NCBI GenBank assembly: GCA_030265395.1
Contig: JARFYF010000052.1
Span: forward strand, 125,120,471 to 125,184,470
Reading direction: 5' to 3'
Source: Rhina ancylostomus
Taxonomy: Eukaryota
DNA: 64,000 bases
In this document: positions 38,201 to 53,200 of the stretch, piece by piece
Layout: every line of letters begins with the position of its first letter
How positions within the stretch are numbered: the stretch's first letter is position 1
The notes under the pieces: generated by a model
Databases searched by the model: none
The model's input: the letters and a program-made list of their open reading frames with translations, nothing else
Told to the model about the DNA's origin: nothing
Made by a program: the position numbers and the translations under genes

Positions 38201-41200
38201 ATTCTACTACTCACCAACACGCCAGGGGCAAGTTGATCTGCTGACTTGTACGCCTTGTCATGTAAGAGAAAACGGAAGCACCCAGAGGAATCTTCCTGCA
38301 GTCACAGGGAGAATGTGCAAACTCCACACAGACAACACCAAGCATCAGGATTGCTCTACCAGTTATATTCATTATAGTTTAAAAGAATAAGAGAGGACCT
38401 CATTGAAAGTTATAAAATCCTGATGGAACTAGATGTAGGAAAGATGTTCTAAATGTTGAGGAATCCAGAACCAGAGTTCACACCCCAAGAAAATAGGGTA
38501 AGCCATTGTACTGAGATAAGGAGAAATTTCTTAAACCAGTGAGTGTTGAACCTGTGGAATCTTCCACTACAGAAAGCAGTTAAGATAAAATTGTCAAATA
38601 TATTCCAGGAGGAGTTAGATGTAGGATAAAAAGATCAAGGGATAAGGGGGAAAATGCAGGAACCAAGAGGTGAATATCAGTGATCATATTAAATGGCGGT
38701 TCAGGATTGAATGACCCACTCCTTCTCTTAACAATGTCCATTTCTATAGCAAATAGAAAGTAGCCTCTGATAAGGCACAAAGTTGCTGAACAACAATAGT
38801 AACTTGGCAGCAACTAACACCCACTGGATTTTCTTTTCCTTGAGTTCGCTTCTGCCTGTTCTGTTCCATCACCAGAGATCAGTTTCAACAAAGTGTCTTA
38901 GCTATTCTCATTACTAATTTGATGCTTTGAACACCTTCTTCATAAGCTAATTAAATATTATACCCACAGTGGTACCTGCAAGCAAAACTATGAAATTAAA
39001 GCAAACACCAAGGGTCAGATTGGCAATTTACATCAGAAGAGAATCATTAAAGGGAAAAAGCTTCCTGCTTTGAAAGGATTGTTGGACAAACAAGATTACA
39101 CAGAACAAACCCAAAGGTAAGCAGATGATTAAATGTGGCCTGTGTAATCCATATGTAATCTATTGAAGCAAATGCTATAAGAATTGGCCCCATGTGCATA
39201 ATCTTAAAATAATATTTTTTCCACATTCCATGTATGTGAATTCTGCATTGAAATTTGCTGAGTTTGACATCTGCATTGGGTTAAATTTCTTCTTTACAGT
39301 TATGTCTACTTCTTTGGCTTCGAATTTGCTTGGTCCCTGGGCTAGGTTTGGGCCACAGGAAACCAAATGCGGATGAATTTCCCTGGGCTCTCTTGTTCAT
39401 CCATTTAAGAAAACCCTGGAAATATTGTTTAAAGAATTGTGTTTTTACCAACTTTTCCTTGATTTTTACTGAAGTAAGAATGGAAAATCAGAAGAAGCCC
39501 TGCACTATATCAGTACTCATCTACACATAGAATAGCTATGATATCTGAAGCACAAATCTTTTCTCCAGTATATTCATGGTCACTTCATTAAATAAATAAA
39601 AAGTGAAGGTACGGCCTTCCCTACTTCGGATACATTCATTGCCATCCCCAATCAGTTGATAGTCAGTCTTATTGAATTGTTCTTATCTCTATGCTGGTGG
39701 TGGTCTAGCAATATTTTAGTTAGAGATAAAGAATTATGGGATATTGGCATAGTGATGAAGAAATAACAATGTATTGATCAGGGAACAGTAAGGGAAGAAA
39801 ACAAAATAGGAGAGGCAAGCAGAGCAGCAACTTCTCCAGAATTTTAAGTACCCTCTGATCAGTTTTGACTACCCTCTGATCAGTTTCTATGTTTCCGTAC
39901 AACATAGCAGGAGGCTATTCAGCCTGAGTCTATGCCAGCACATAGATCAATCCCATTCCTGCAATGATTTTCCTTGTAGCCTGTTCTCCCTACATTCCCA
40001 TCAACTCCTGAAGATCTGACCATTTACCTATACATCAGGGGAAATTTACAGTAGCTAATTAACCTACCAACCTGCATGCCTTTGGGCTGTGGGAAGAAAC
40101 TGCAGCACCCAGAGGAAACCCATCTGGTCACAGGGAGAATGTGCAAATACTGACAGCACCAGAAGTCAGGATTGAACCTGGATGGCCGGTAACTTTACCA
40201 GCTGTGCCACTATGCTGCCCAGCAGTCTGAATTCTGGGAAGAAACCAGCCACCAGATTATTTTTTAAATCCGGGGTGATCATCTGGAGTTGACTGATGTC
40301 ATTTCGGAGTGGCCCTCTTTATAGAGCTTTAACTTTTGAAGTGAGCAGCTATTTTCTTTAATGTGATTTGAATTGTAGAAACAAAGTACACCATGCAGCT
40401 GCAATCACATTGTGCAGTTAGCGCACACACAGATTTCTGCATGGACTAACAGACAAAGCTTTCTAAATGAGATTTAAGCAGGTGTAAAATATACTCTTTT
40501 GTTTGGTCCTAGGAATGCCAATAGATTTTAATTATAGCTTCATAGAGTTGGTTGTGAAACTTCAAAGGATAACAAAAATTTTATCTTTCACCATGAACAT
40601 CAGTTCTGCTTTTTGAAAGGTATGTGTATACTTAAGATTGGCCTGGACTAATGCATTGTATGGCATTTGGTTTTCCAATAACAAGGTATACCGTATTGGT
40701 CTCCTAATTAAGGAAGGATACAAATGTGATGGAAAGAGTTCAGAGAAGGTGTACTGGACTGATACCTGGAATAGGCAGGTTGAGGAAAGGTTAGATAAGC
40801 TCGGCTTGTATCCACTGGACTTAGATGAGTGAGATGAAACTTGTTCACAACGTACAAACTCTGGAGGGGTCTGGACAGGATGGATATGGAGCGGATATTT
40901 CCTCCTGCAGGAGAATCTAGATCTAGGGGTCACTGTTTAAACTAAAGTTAAGAGAAGAGTCAAATGTTTACTCCCTGAAGTTCAGGGGTCTTTGGAATGC
41001 TCTTAAAAAGCAGTGAAAACATTTTTGAATATTGTTAAGACAGGTAGATAGATTAGTGATAAACAAGAGGATGAAAGTTTACTGGGGTGGATGAATGTGG
41101 AGATGAGGCTGGAATCACATTAAACATAATCTTTTTGAACAGCTGGGCAGGTTTGAAGAGCCCAGTGGCTAATTTCTGCCCCTACTTTGCATATTTCTAC

Positions 41201-44200
41201 ATACTTCTCCAAGTTGCCAAATGAGAGCATACTCCCCAAACACATAGAAATCATGTTGCATTTGTTTAGTCTCTTAACACTTTCACATACCTTTGCACTG
41301 TCCATAAATTCGACAATGCATTCATCTAAGTAATTAACTAAGAGCAAAGATAATGAGACCATTCTTGTGGGACACCACTGGTAAGCAGTGTCCAACTAGG
41401 TCCACAGCCACTGATCGAGAGAAATTCACTATCATCCTGAATTTTTGCTTTAATATTTAAAGAAATACATACATTCATGTATCATCTTCTCTAACATCCA
41501 AGACCAGTTGGCAACCAGTGAAGTATTATAGTGTACCCACTGTTCTAACATAGGAGGCACAGCTACCAATTAGCACACAACAACTTCCACAACAGAAATG
41601 TAAAGAATGTTCAGATGTTTTTTAGCAATACTGATTGACGAATATTCAACATAGAACATCTTCCCACTTTTTTTTCCCAAAACAGTGTCACTGAAGTTTG
41701 TTAAAGAGAAAAAACATCTTAGAGAATAAACATGTGTTGGTTTCACATCTTATCGAAGTGATGGTATATTTGACACTGCAGTACGAGAGCATCTATCATT
41801 TTATTGTGCCTGTGTATCTGGAGTGGGCCTTGGGTCTTGAATATGGAACATTCTGACTTAGAGGCAGAAGTGCCATCAGCAAAAACATAGCTGACACTGC
41901 TGCAGCACCTCAGTAATCACGCACAGGTACCTTACACCTTTCAGTGGAAGAAAGTCATCTTAGCTCACAAGGGTCTGCGTAAGAAGGAGATGGAGGATGT
42001 GGTTAATTGGTAAATCCAGCCACATTATTAAAGTGGACAGTCTTCAGTTACTTGGTTATGTTCAAACACAGGGTAAGTATTTGGCCAATGTTAGAAAGCA
42101 GCCCATCTGGGACTTGTTTAAATACGCTGATGTATAGCCTTTTATCTGATGATGAACGTGCATCCCTGATATAAACTGAAATGAATCTGATGTGTATAAT
42201 TTGATAGGCACAGGTTCTGGTCAATTGGTGGGAGCACCTTGCTGTGCAAATATTGGGAACATGGGGGTCTGAGTGGGTAACCCAGGCTGCCTGATTTAAT
42301 TAGTTGCTCTGTTCCCTTTCCTCATGTTGCAGAAGAAATAGAAGGGAAAGCTTGAAAGGATATACCATTGTCTTCATTGAAGTTGGATATGGCATACAAG
42401 ATGAAAATAAGCATAAGGAGCAGTATTAAATTCAGAATCAAAATGAGAAAAGTGCTATTGGTAGCCAAATTACAGCAATATAAAAATACAGTGAGGAATC
42501 ATTTCAGAGGCATTCAACTGAGGGCAGCCAGCTATCAATGTTTAACAATTCTTTGACATCTATAGCTTTGCATTCAGGTGTTTGGATAATAGGGATAGGT
42601 TTGAAGTGGGGATGGAGAGTCTGTAGCAGACTGCATCTCACTCATATAGGTTATTTAATAGAATTGGATTCAAGTCACCACAGATGCAACATCCCTTAGT
42701 GTGCCTCTCCATTCTTTAACACAGGCGAATGGGGAATGGGATCATTAATGTCATAGACTCTAGATTTATTTTATAAGTTGAAACCCTAGGTGGTTAAAGG
42801 TGCTCAGAAGCGCTATTTGCAATCATGGGTTTTAGGAATGAATCCAAATGGTTTCATGACTTTAAACAGAGTACTTTACTTCCTCTTGAAAATGCAATGC
42901 TGGGGATCCAACTTNNNNNNNNNNGCAGAACCTTGCCACAGTATGCAGGGTTCGGGCAAGTCGACTTAATTATGATGCAAACAGTGTGCCTTTGCCATCA
43001 GGGACACAACTCAGAGCCACTCTCAAGACCCCACAAAATGGAGTCAAAATTGCTGTCCGTTTTTAAGCATCTATTTCAAAGCTTAAAACTACTTTCTTTT
43101 TGTAATGCTTGCACAGAAGGACTGAATCATCTTTGCAGAGAAATTGCCTTCCTTAGCTTGCTACCGCCCTGGCACCAAATTTCATCAAGTAGGAGGTCGG
43201 ATGGAATTCTTCATATTATATATTTAATTATGGCACCATTTAACTCTGGTGTAATTGATTACAAAACATTCAGGGGTTGAAACTCCATCCTCTTTTGATG
43301 CATGTGAAGTTGGAGTGCACCACGGGAGCTGGAAAACAGTCTGGGACTACCAGCTTCATTTCTAAGCTATTAGCTGCTCCAGATCGCATAGCAAGGTTTC
43401 TCTACGCAATCTCCCTGTGACTGCAACCAGGACTTTTCCCTCTAACCATGGCTATGAGCCCCTTTCCTGCTGGCCAATCAAATGGCGGCATGGTATTAGA
43501 CTCAACCACAGCAGTTGTTATAACCCTGTCCCAGAGGCACTGTGGAGTAAGCTCCAGGAAGCATTGTAACAGTCCCAACTGCCCAAGGAAAGAATAGTTC
43601 TTTTAACAGCTTCTTCCCCTTCTATTTGGCCCTCCAGCATTTACGATTTAAGGCTCGAGTTACACAACAAAGGGACATCAAATCTGTTCTTAGGTTGCTC
43701 TGTCCCTTGCTGGATCTTCTTATGCTGCAACTGCATATCTCTCGGAATTCTCCTTTACTTTTGGTGGCTTGCTTTTACCAGTAAGATCCCCATTGATTCA
43801 TGCATAAAAGGTCCAAGCTCAGGGACTGGATTGTAACATAAATGCTGGGGGTCAGGTGGGTGTGGTGAAATCCTACTCTTCCCTCTGTATCTGACAGGTG
43901 GAAGAACTACAGCAAAGGTCTTGAATAATATTTGCTATCAGTCAAATTAGGAATGCAATGGGTCTAAAAGAAATTGTCAGTAGGGAGTTATATTTGAAAG
44001 GCATAACATCAAGTGACATTGCAGTCATTAGTGGTACCTGATTAATTCTCTCCAGAAGCTAAGGTTTCCATTTGACATGTGCTATACCTGATTAAAGCAT
44101 CAGAGGCTGACAACACAATTCAGAATGGTGGGCATACAGAGAAACTGCTCATTTTTCCCTTAAATTGGTTGTGATGTGCAAGCTACTTCATAGACAAAAG

Positions 44201-47200
44201 CCCATTTATAGAAAAAATAATTTGAATCCATTGATCCAGTTAGTAGTTATGACATTCAAAGTGAGTGTTTGTGCAAACATCCTCTCAGAATCCTACAGGA
44301 GGAGAGACATTAACATCCCATAAATCAAGAAAAAGTGGAGTATGAAATTCTCACTTTTCCTGTCAGGAAATAATCAAGTTATCATTATTCAGAGCAAAGA
44401 ATGTCAAAAAAACCTGCTTTATTTCACAAGGAACAGTATGATTGATGTGCTACTGCCATGCATTGCTCAGGAAAGGTAAAATCCCATTGCTTGAGAAGTC
44501 AGATAATAAGACTTTCTTGTTCATTTGTAAGCTTGTGAATAATAGGCCAAAAATAAATTTGCAGTCCCTCAATTAAAAAAAAGTCTTCCATATGCATTTG
44601 TCTGGTCTCATATTACCCGAGCAAAAGAAAGTCAAATGGGAATTATTGGAGGGAGATCTGTACTCTTGGTTAACAGGAGAAACTTCAATTCCTACAAGAC
44701 GTTTTGGTTTAGTGAACAATTCATGCTGTGGCTGATGAATATGAAATATTGAAAAGGCTGCATTTGAAATAACTGTCAATGGTTTCTTATCAACAAAGCA
44801 ATTACTGGCAAGTCATGTAGGAAGGAGTGATGCAGGTTCAAATCCTGATGGATTTGTATCTTGGTGTTCGAAGCTAATAGAATTTGTTATAATATTCATA
44901 GGGCTTACTCCAGCTATCCAGGATTTTTCATAACGAAAATCGAATATGGACTGACAAAGTGTAACACTCTTTTTTAAATACTAATTGGTTTGGGAGACTG
45001 CACTGTTACTATTATATATAACAATACATACTGAAACATTTTGACATCTGCACACACTCTCTGCTTGCAAAACATTATTCTATCTTTAATATTTTATTTG
45101 AAAGATTATTCAGAAATTTGCATTATTGCTTGCTGTTGTCAAATCTTGTTTGTGTCAATCACAACCAGCAAAAATTGTCAACACATGTTTGAAGGGCCAA
45201 ATAGCCTGCCATGTTGATACCACTCTGTGATTCTATGATTTTATGAAAACCCTTTGTAAAGTCAAGTTTTTTTTAAGCAAACTATTGATTAGTTCCCTTT
45301 GGCTCACTTCTGTCATGTACATACCTTATATAAATGTGCTATACAAATGCAGAGTGTTGTCTAATGACTTCCAGTTCATCAAAACCCTGCAGAATTTAGA
45401 TGTGATATTTTACATGGAGCCATAAAACTGTGGGCTGAATTGGATTGTGTTCCTTAAATTACATCTAAATAACATGAATGCATCAGATTATAGTTGCCAT
45501 TTGGCTTCCACTGGCTTCTGCTCAGTTTTCAAGATTATTGAGAATCAGAGGTTGGCATGGAAAGGGAGAGAAAATATGGTAGTGTGGAACAGGATCAAAG
45601 CATATTATAACTGTGAGTATTAGCTGTCAGAGGAGGCTATCAGAAAAAAAGCAATGTTGCAAGAATATCGTGGAGAATTTAGAAGCTGATGAATTATCAT
45701 ATCTTGATTGAACATGTTTGCTTCCAGCAGCTCCTTCTATATTTAGTCCCAAATTCTGAAAGACATGGAAGGACGTCCAAACAATCTGCTGGAAGAACTG
45801 AGTGGGTCAGGCACCATCTGTGGGAGGAAAGGAATTGTTGATGTTTCGGGTCAAAACCCTGAAGCAGGACCACCAAGTCTATGCCAGCTCTCAGAGCAAT
45901 CCCATCAATCCTATTCCTCCACTGATTTTCATGTGACTTATTCCCTCACACGTGCTCATTAACACCCTTCTGATTCTCTCACCCACCACCCACACCAGAG
46001 ATAAATTTCAGTAAATAATTAACCCAATAACCAGCACCTCTTTGAGATGTAGAAGGAAAGTGGAGCCCCCAGAGAAACTCACGTGGTCACAGGCAGCCAA
46101 ACAGGTAGCACCTGAGAACAGCATGAACCTGGGCTTCTGTGAGACACCTACACCAGCTGTGTCAGCCACATTTTTAGGCTTCCTGATATTAAATGCCCTC
46201 CTTTGTGGTTGTCTAAATGGGCTAACAAATTCATAACCTGAATTTTTTTTTGTCCATCTTCATGTTTTCTTACAACTTTTAAGGAGGCCATTTGGTCCAC
46301 CATGTCAATACCAGCTCTCAGAGAATGCCACACAAAGTTCTCTGTTACCTATTCTCACTCACTTGCTCATCAGCTCCCCCCAATTCTCTTGCCACCCACC
46401 TACCTTCAGCAGAGTAACTTAGAGTAGCCTATTAACCTACCAGCAATTTTTTTGTGATGTGGGAGGAAACTAGGGCATCCAATGGAAACTCTCACGTTCA
46501 CAGGCAGAACATGAAAACTCCACACAGTCAGCACTCAAGGTCAGGATTGAACCTGAATCACTGAAGCTCTGCCTTTGTGACACTTTGCCACTCACTCTTG
46601 AACTATTTATTTACTTTTGTAATTAAAAGTAATTTTGTATCTTTGCACAGTACTGCTACCTCAAAACAACTGAGTTCACATCATATAATTCAGTGATAAT
46701 ACATCTGGTTCTGATTTCTCAAAGTATCACAAACTCCAAAAAAAGCTAAATGAAAATTAAATATATTAAACAAAAGTTCATAATTATCAAAGCTATGGAT
46801 ATTGTGATAATGTTCAGGGAGATTACTGGAAAAAAAAACTCAAGTATTTAATGTAGATAGCAACTAGTACTGTGTAGAGTACACAGAAAGCATCAATTAG
46901 CATGTTTTCTTTTATCTAATTGTTACGATGGATTGTTCCTCATTCTGTTTCAGGACGTGCAGATTGATCAAAATAAATTCAATTATAATCACAGTCCTAA
47001 AATAAAAAAAACAGCTGATTGATTTCATATCAGAATCCCAGATCCTTTCTTATAGCAAGTAACTTAGAGAAATGAATTTATAGATCCAATCACAACAGGT
47101 TGCTAATACTGTCACTCCCAATTACTGTCACTCAAATAAAGATGCTCAGACAGCATTAAGGATGACTGAATAACAAAATGGAGGTTGTGATTTTCAATTT

Positions 47201-50200
47201 CAAGGGGTTGTAATTTGATATTTAAATAATCGTTTTTGCTTTTTGTTTAATCCCCATGCGATGATTATTAAAAATAAAATGGGTAATTAAAGGAAGAAGA
47301 AGCAATTAACGAAACAGGATATACAACACGAGAAGAAGAACGGTTTCAAGCCGGTACCATTAGACACTGGTCAGGTAAACTACAAATTGCATTTCAACAT
47401 TTATACCAGGTTGCTCTTTCTGCCCTTTTATCTTCCTGTTGTTTTTAAGGAGGAAATGCTGGATTTGTACATTAATTGTTCATTAATTCCACTACTAGTT
47501 CTTTGGAGAGAATATGATTAGGATTACCCCTTTCCTTGCTGGCCTCCCCCCACTCTACCACCCACTCTTAGTGGAAAAGTCTTCCAGCAATCACTTTGTA
47601 AGTTCACACAATGACTACTTGGGATAATGCTGGAGCATGTCTGAGAAACCATTTCTTTGATAATATATGGGAGAGAAGTAGAAACCAGTGGAAACAAAAC
47701 ACAGTACAATCAATGTTATAGTGTGATTCTCTCAATTAAAACACATGTAAACACATGTACAGGACTTTCCAAAACACGTCTAAAATAAATGCTGTTTCAA
47801 TTGACTTTTAGGTTATATAGTGGTCAAAGAGAGTTATTGTTTAAGTGGTAATATTTTACCAGGAAATAAACAGATATCTCTGTTGTATAGTTAGAGGCAT
47901 GGTAATCTTTGAAGAAATAATGGATATATTCTTTTTAGTGAATGTGGCTTTTTGAGAGAGTATGAATATAAATAGAAGCATGGTAACAGCATTGGGTGAA
48001 TTTGTTCCCTCAAGTCTGTTCAACCAATCAGAAAAGTCTTGGCTGATCTGAATATCAATTCCATTTTTGACCTAAAATCCCTTGGTATCCTTACCTAATG
48101 AAAATCTATTGATCTCAGACTTGAAAGTTTCAATTTATCCGGCATCTGAGGCTTTCTGGAGAAGAGAATTCCAGACATCCACTACTCGTTATACATGAAA
48201 AGATTTCCTAATTTAATTGCTAAGTTAAATATTAAGGCTGTTTGTTCTGGCTTACTCCACTAGAGAAAGCAAGGATAATTTTAACAATTTGGTGATCGCA
48301 ATACTGATGTAATTGATTGCACCTTTGATTTTACAGCTGAGTCTATTACACTGAAGTCAGTAGACAGTAAAATAGGGTGGAGTGTCAGACATACACTTAG
48401 GATGTGGGGAAAGGAACTGTGGTATTAAACCAAGTGTATGCCAGGCATTTCTTAACCTCTTACTGTTTCTACCCCCTTTTATTGGCATTGAATCTTGGCA
48501 CTCTTAGCACTATAAACAGCAACATGTGTATTCCAATTACCTACCACTTAGTCATGCAATACCCTGGGGTAGATAACAAAAAACTGATGCTATTTTAGGG
48601 TAAATTCCGGCATATTTTTCTCTGATTCCCCAAAGCAGTCAAGAAAACCTCTGAAGGTCAGTAATCAAACAGAAAGTTCAATGTTTTCAGCTCACTTCAA
48701 GTTAATAGTAATGTCCTTCTCCCTCAGAAACTTCTTCCTTTTAAAGGATTATTGAAAACAAGAATTTCATTTTTAGAAAGTGATAATTCTCTGTAAAAGC
48801 TTACACTTCCTTACATTTAATCATTTTGCCTATATACTTTGCATCCTGACCAAGAATGTATTGGAATTTCCTGCTATCTGTAATCTCAATCCATTATGGT
48901 AACAGCATCACCCCAGGCCTTACTTTCTGGCCCCTCCCGCAAGCAATGAGCTTCACTGTGCTGATGAAGGGTCTCAACCCAAAATGTCATCTGTCCATTT
49001 CTCTCCACAGATGTTTCCTGACCCATTGAGCTCCTCCAACAATTTATTTTTAGCTGTACTGGGTTGCCTGCAACTACCCTGCAGCATTCAAATCAGAACC
49101 AAAACCAAAATTGGCTGGTTTGGTGTGACTCCTTTGCTGAATTATTCATTTTAGTTAGAAGACCAAAATCTCCCCAACTAAAAATCCTATATGTACCTTG
49201 TCCTGTGTCATTATGCATTTGGACAATATCTTCTTCAGTTTGGTGGGAATAATGGATAATATCCAGAAAAAGAGAAGGATTATATGGACTTCCCCATACA
49301 CAAAGATTCTGCTTAAGTGCCTGTAGTTATTTCACCCCTTTACCTATGCCTTTGGATGTAACTTATGAATGGTATGAAGTTCTCTTTGTGTAAGTACGAT
49401 TTTCAGCCACAAAATAATATGATAAAAATAAGATTCTCAATTGCTGGTAATATTGCTTTTTCTTCAAATGTGTGTAGAAGGAAATAAAAGGTGATCTTAT
49501 TGAAAGATAAAAGACCATGAGAGGAAATGCTGAAAGAATATTTCCTCTAGTGGGGTAATATAGAACTAGGGATCAGAATCTCAGGACAAGGTGTCACCCA
49601 TTTAAGACAAAGATGAGGAAGAAGTTCTTCTCTCAGAACACAGAGAGCTTTTGGAATTCTTTATCTGGAGGTGGATGCTGAATCATTAAGTATATTCAAN
49701 NNNNNNNNNNNNNNNNNNNNNNNNNNNNNNNNNNNNNNNNNNNNNNNNNNNNNNNNNNNNNNNNNNNNNNNNNNNNNNNNNNNNNNNNNNNNNNNNNNNT
49801 CAAGGTGGAGGGAGATAGTTCTGCAGATTTTGGAGAAATTAAGATAGAAGAATCAGGGAAGAAGCTGAAGCCAATATCAGATCAGCTGTGATCTTGTTGA
49901 ATGGTGGAGAGGATTCCAAGGACAGTAGGAGGTGCTCCTGCTGCTATTTCTTATGTTTATATGAATCTAGGTCTTTGCAGATAAAATAGTTCAATTTCTG
50001 TTATCTTTCATTGCGTAGAGTCCCAGACAATCCATAAAGTTGCAGTGGAACTAATGTAAGTAACCTAATATAAATATTTGGCATAGGATTTTCTGGCAGT
50101 GGGTTTGTTTGGGCTGTGGTTTCCATGCAAACTCAAATCCAACACGAAAACTGTTTTTGCCATTGTGTGCCCGTAAGTTCTGGCAAGGGTTCAATGGATT

Positions 50201-53200
50201 TGCTGTTGAGGCGCCATAACAGACAATAGGGCAGCTAGTCATAGGGGAATAAGATGCAAAAATTAGCTACATTGCAGCTTTTTCCAAACACTAATATTAC
50301 AGGTGATATGATGACCAGTGGCACAGCAGTTGGTGCTGCTGACTCATAGACCCAGAGATCAGAGTTTGATCCTAATCTGGCTCTGTGGATGAGTTGGAAG
50401 TAAACTTTATTGTCCAAACTTTTTTCTTTTTTTTTTAAGGATGTCTTAACCAATCTCAGTTAGAATCACAAATGAGAAGGCAATTCCTTCCGTTTCATAA
50501 AACAATTCTTGTATCTTTACATTATGAATATACAAGAAGACTGAAGATGATATAAACACCATTATGGAAGAGAATACTCAAGCAAAAGCTGAAGAAGGAA
50601 AAGCAAAAGAACCAATGTAAGGTACCCAGACATACCCAGGATGTCTCATACTCCAAAAGCAATTTTGCATTCTTTATCATTTGATGTAATGTGTGGTATT
50701 AATTTCATCAAGCTATCAAAAATTTTGTTGTACTACCCATTGTATCCTGAACACAAACCAACCCAACACACCAGGCCTGCCACAGATGGGGAGATTTTCA
50801 ACTCACTTTAAGATCTAAATTAGGCAGTAACACCGGACAAATCCTGGGGTATAACTCATTGTTCCATTCTACTTTGGAATAGTCCTTGGTTTAGTTCTAT
50901 TCAGACTCCCTCCTTCAACTCTATTTTCAGTACATTGACAGCGCTATTAGTATTCTTCCTGAACTCATGCAGAACTCAAAGATGTCACTACTTCTACTGG
51001 TAATTTCCACCTTACTCTCCCTTACACAGAGCTCATCTCTAATTCTTTCCTCCTCCTTTGGGACTTCTCTGTCTCCATCTCAGCAGATAGATCGGTGACA
51101 AACGTTCATTACAAGTAAATGAAAATCAAAATACTGCAGATGCCAGAAGGCAGAAGTAAAAACTGAAAATGCAGGAAACACCCAGCAGGTCAGGTAGAAT
51201 CTGTGGAAAGAAAAGCAGAGCTAATGTTTCAGGTCTCCCATAGTTGTTGCAATAATGCTTCTCCCACCCTGCATTGTGTAAGTATTCCATTTCATTCCCT
51301 TCTCCTAATTTCTCTGGCCCATCATTTCTGCTCTGATGATGAGACGCATCACACAGGTATCTTTGAGGTATTTTTTTTATCTGTTACCCTTTTGCCATAG
51401 TTGACAGAGCCCTTGGCCACATCTGATTGGTTCCCTGCACATCTGCTATCACCCCCTCTTGTCCTGGGCACAGCAAGGATGGGGTTCACCTGTTCCTCAC
51501 ATTTCATCCCAGCAGTCTCCACATTCCACACATAATAGTTGATAACTCTACCAGCACCAACAAGATTCCACCACCAGGCACATCTTTCACCCCCGCCCCT
51601 ACCCCAACTTCCCCTTTCAGCATTCCAAAGTGGTCATTCCCTTTTTGACACCCTGGTCTGCTCTTCCATCTCAGCCAACCACTCCCCTTCTCAAGGCACT
51701 TACCCAAGCAACTGCAGGAGATGGAACACCCGCTCTTGTACTTCCCATCATCCAGGAACCCAAGCAGTTCTTACAGGCAAAGCAGCAATTCATGTGTTCT
51801 TCTTCCAGTCGAATGTATTGCATTCAATGCTAACAATGTGGCCTCCTCTACCAAATGTAGATTGGGTGACTGCTTTGCCGAGCATCTCTGTTTAGTCTGC
51901 AGCAATGATCCTGAGCATCCAGTTGCCAGTCACTTTAATTCTCCACCCCACTCCCACCCTGACCTAAGCATCTGTGGCTTCCTGCACTGAGTGGCAGTTA
52001 GCATGACGCTATTACAGTGCCAGCGACCTGGGTTCAATTCCCGCTGCTGTCTGTAAGGAGTTTGTACATTCTCCCCGTGTATGCGTGGGTTTCCTCTGGG
52101 TGCCCCGGTTTCCTCCCAAATTCCAAAGACATACGGGTTAGGAGCTGTGGGCATGCTATGCTGGTGCCAGAAGAGTGGTGACATTTGCAGGCTGCCCCCC
52201 AGCACATTCTCAGTAATGCAAAAAGATGCATTTCACTGTGTGTTTTGATGTACATGTGACTNNNNNNNNNNNNNNNNNNNNNNNNNNNNNNNNNNNNNNN
52301 NNNNNNNNNNNNNNNNNNNNNNNNNNNNNNNNNNNNNNNNNNNNNNNNNNNNNNNNNNNNNNNNNNNNNNNNNNNNNNNNNNNNNNNNNNNNNNNNNNNN
52401 NNNNNNNNNNNNNNNNNNNNNNNNNNNNNNNNNNNNNNNNNNNNNNNNNNNNNNNNNNNNNNNNNNNNNNNNNNNNNNNNNNNNNNNNNNNNNNNNNNNN
52501 NNNNNNNNNNNNNNNNNNNNNNNNNNNNNNNNNNNNNNNNNNNNNNNNNNNNNNNNNNNNNNNNNNNNNNNNNNNNNNNNNNNNNNNNNNNNNNNNNNNN
52601 NNNNNNNNNNNNNNNNNNNNNNNNNNNNNNNNNNNNNNNNNNNNNNNNNNNNNNNNNNNNNNNNNNNNNNNNNNNNNNNNNNNNNNNNNNNNNNNNNNNN
52701 NNNNNNNNNNNNNNNNNNNNNNNNNNNNNNNNNNNNNNNNNNNNNNNNNNNNNNNNNNNNNNNNNNNNNNNNNNNNNNNNNNNNNNNNNNNNNNNNNNNN
52801 NNNNNNNNNNNNNNNNNNNNNNNNNNNNNNNNNNNNNNNNNNNNNNNNNNNNNNNNNNNNNNNNNNNNNNNNNNNNNNNNNNNNNNNNNNNNNNNNNNNN
52901 NNNNNNNNNNNNNNNNNNNNNNNNNNNNNNNNNNNNNNNNNNNNNNNNNNNNNNNNNNNNNNNNNNNNNNNTGGCCTTTCCTCTAAACTGTGGGGAAAAA
53001 TCAAGGATTAAGTAAGTTTCAATGTAAGAAGAGGCATTGAGAGAACACAAAGTGCGTAGAGAAAAAAGGGCTGATGGGCCAAAGGCCTGTTACTGCAGTT
53101 TTTAAATTAAATTTTATTTACAGCGTGGTAACAGGCCCTTCCGGCGCAATGAGTCTATGACAAATAAATGTTAACATCCCAATTGGAGCTGCACCATTCA

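Noticed and set aside
39849-39886. Two-copy 21-bp tandem repeat (taccctctgatcagttt)
   Set aside because: Simple local slippage; not a CRISPR-like array.
42333-42428. Possible LRRC27 exon after ctcatgttgcag
   Set aside because: It reaches a stop in the required frame with no good donor.
50440-50480. Strong polypyrimidine acceptor (ttttttaag) as an alternative LRRC27 exon start
   Set aside because: It needs a GC donor and a weaker upstream donor to stay in frame; not excluded but unsupported.
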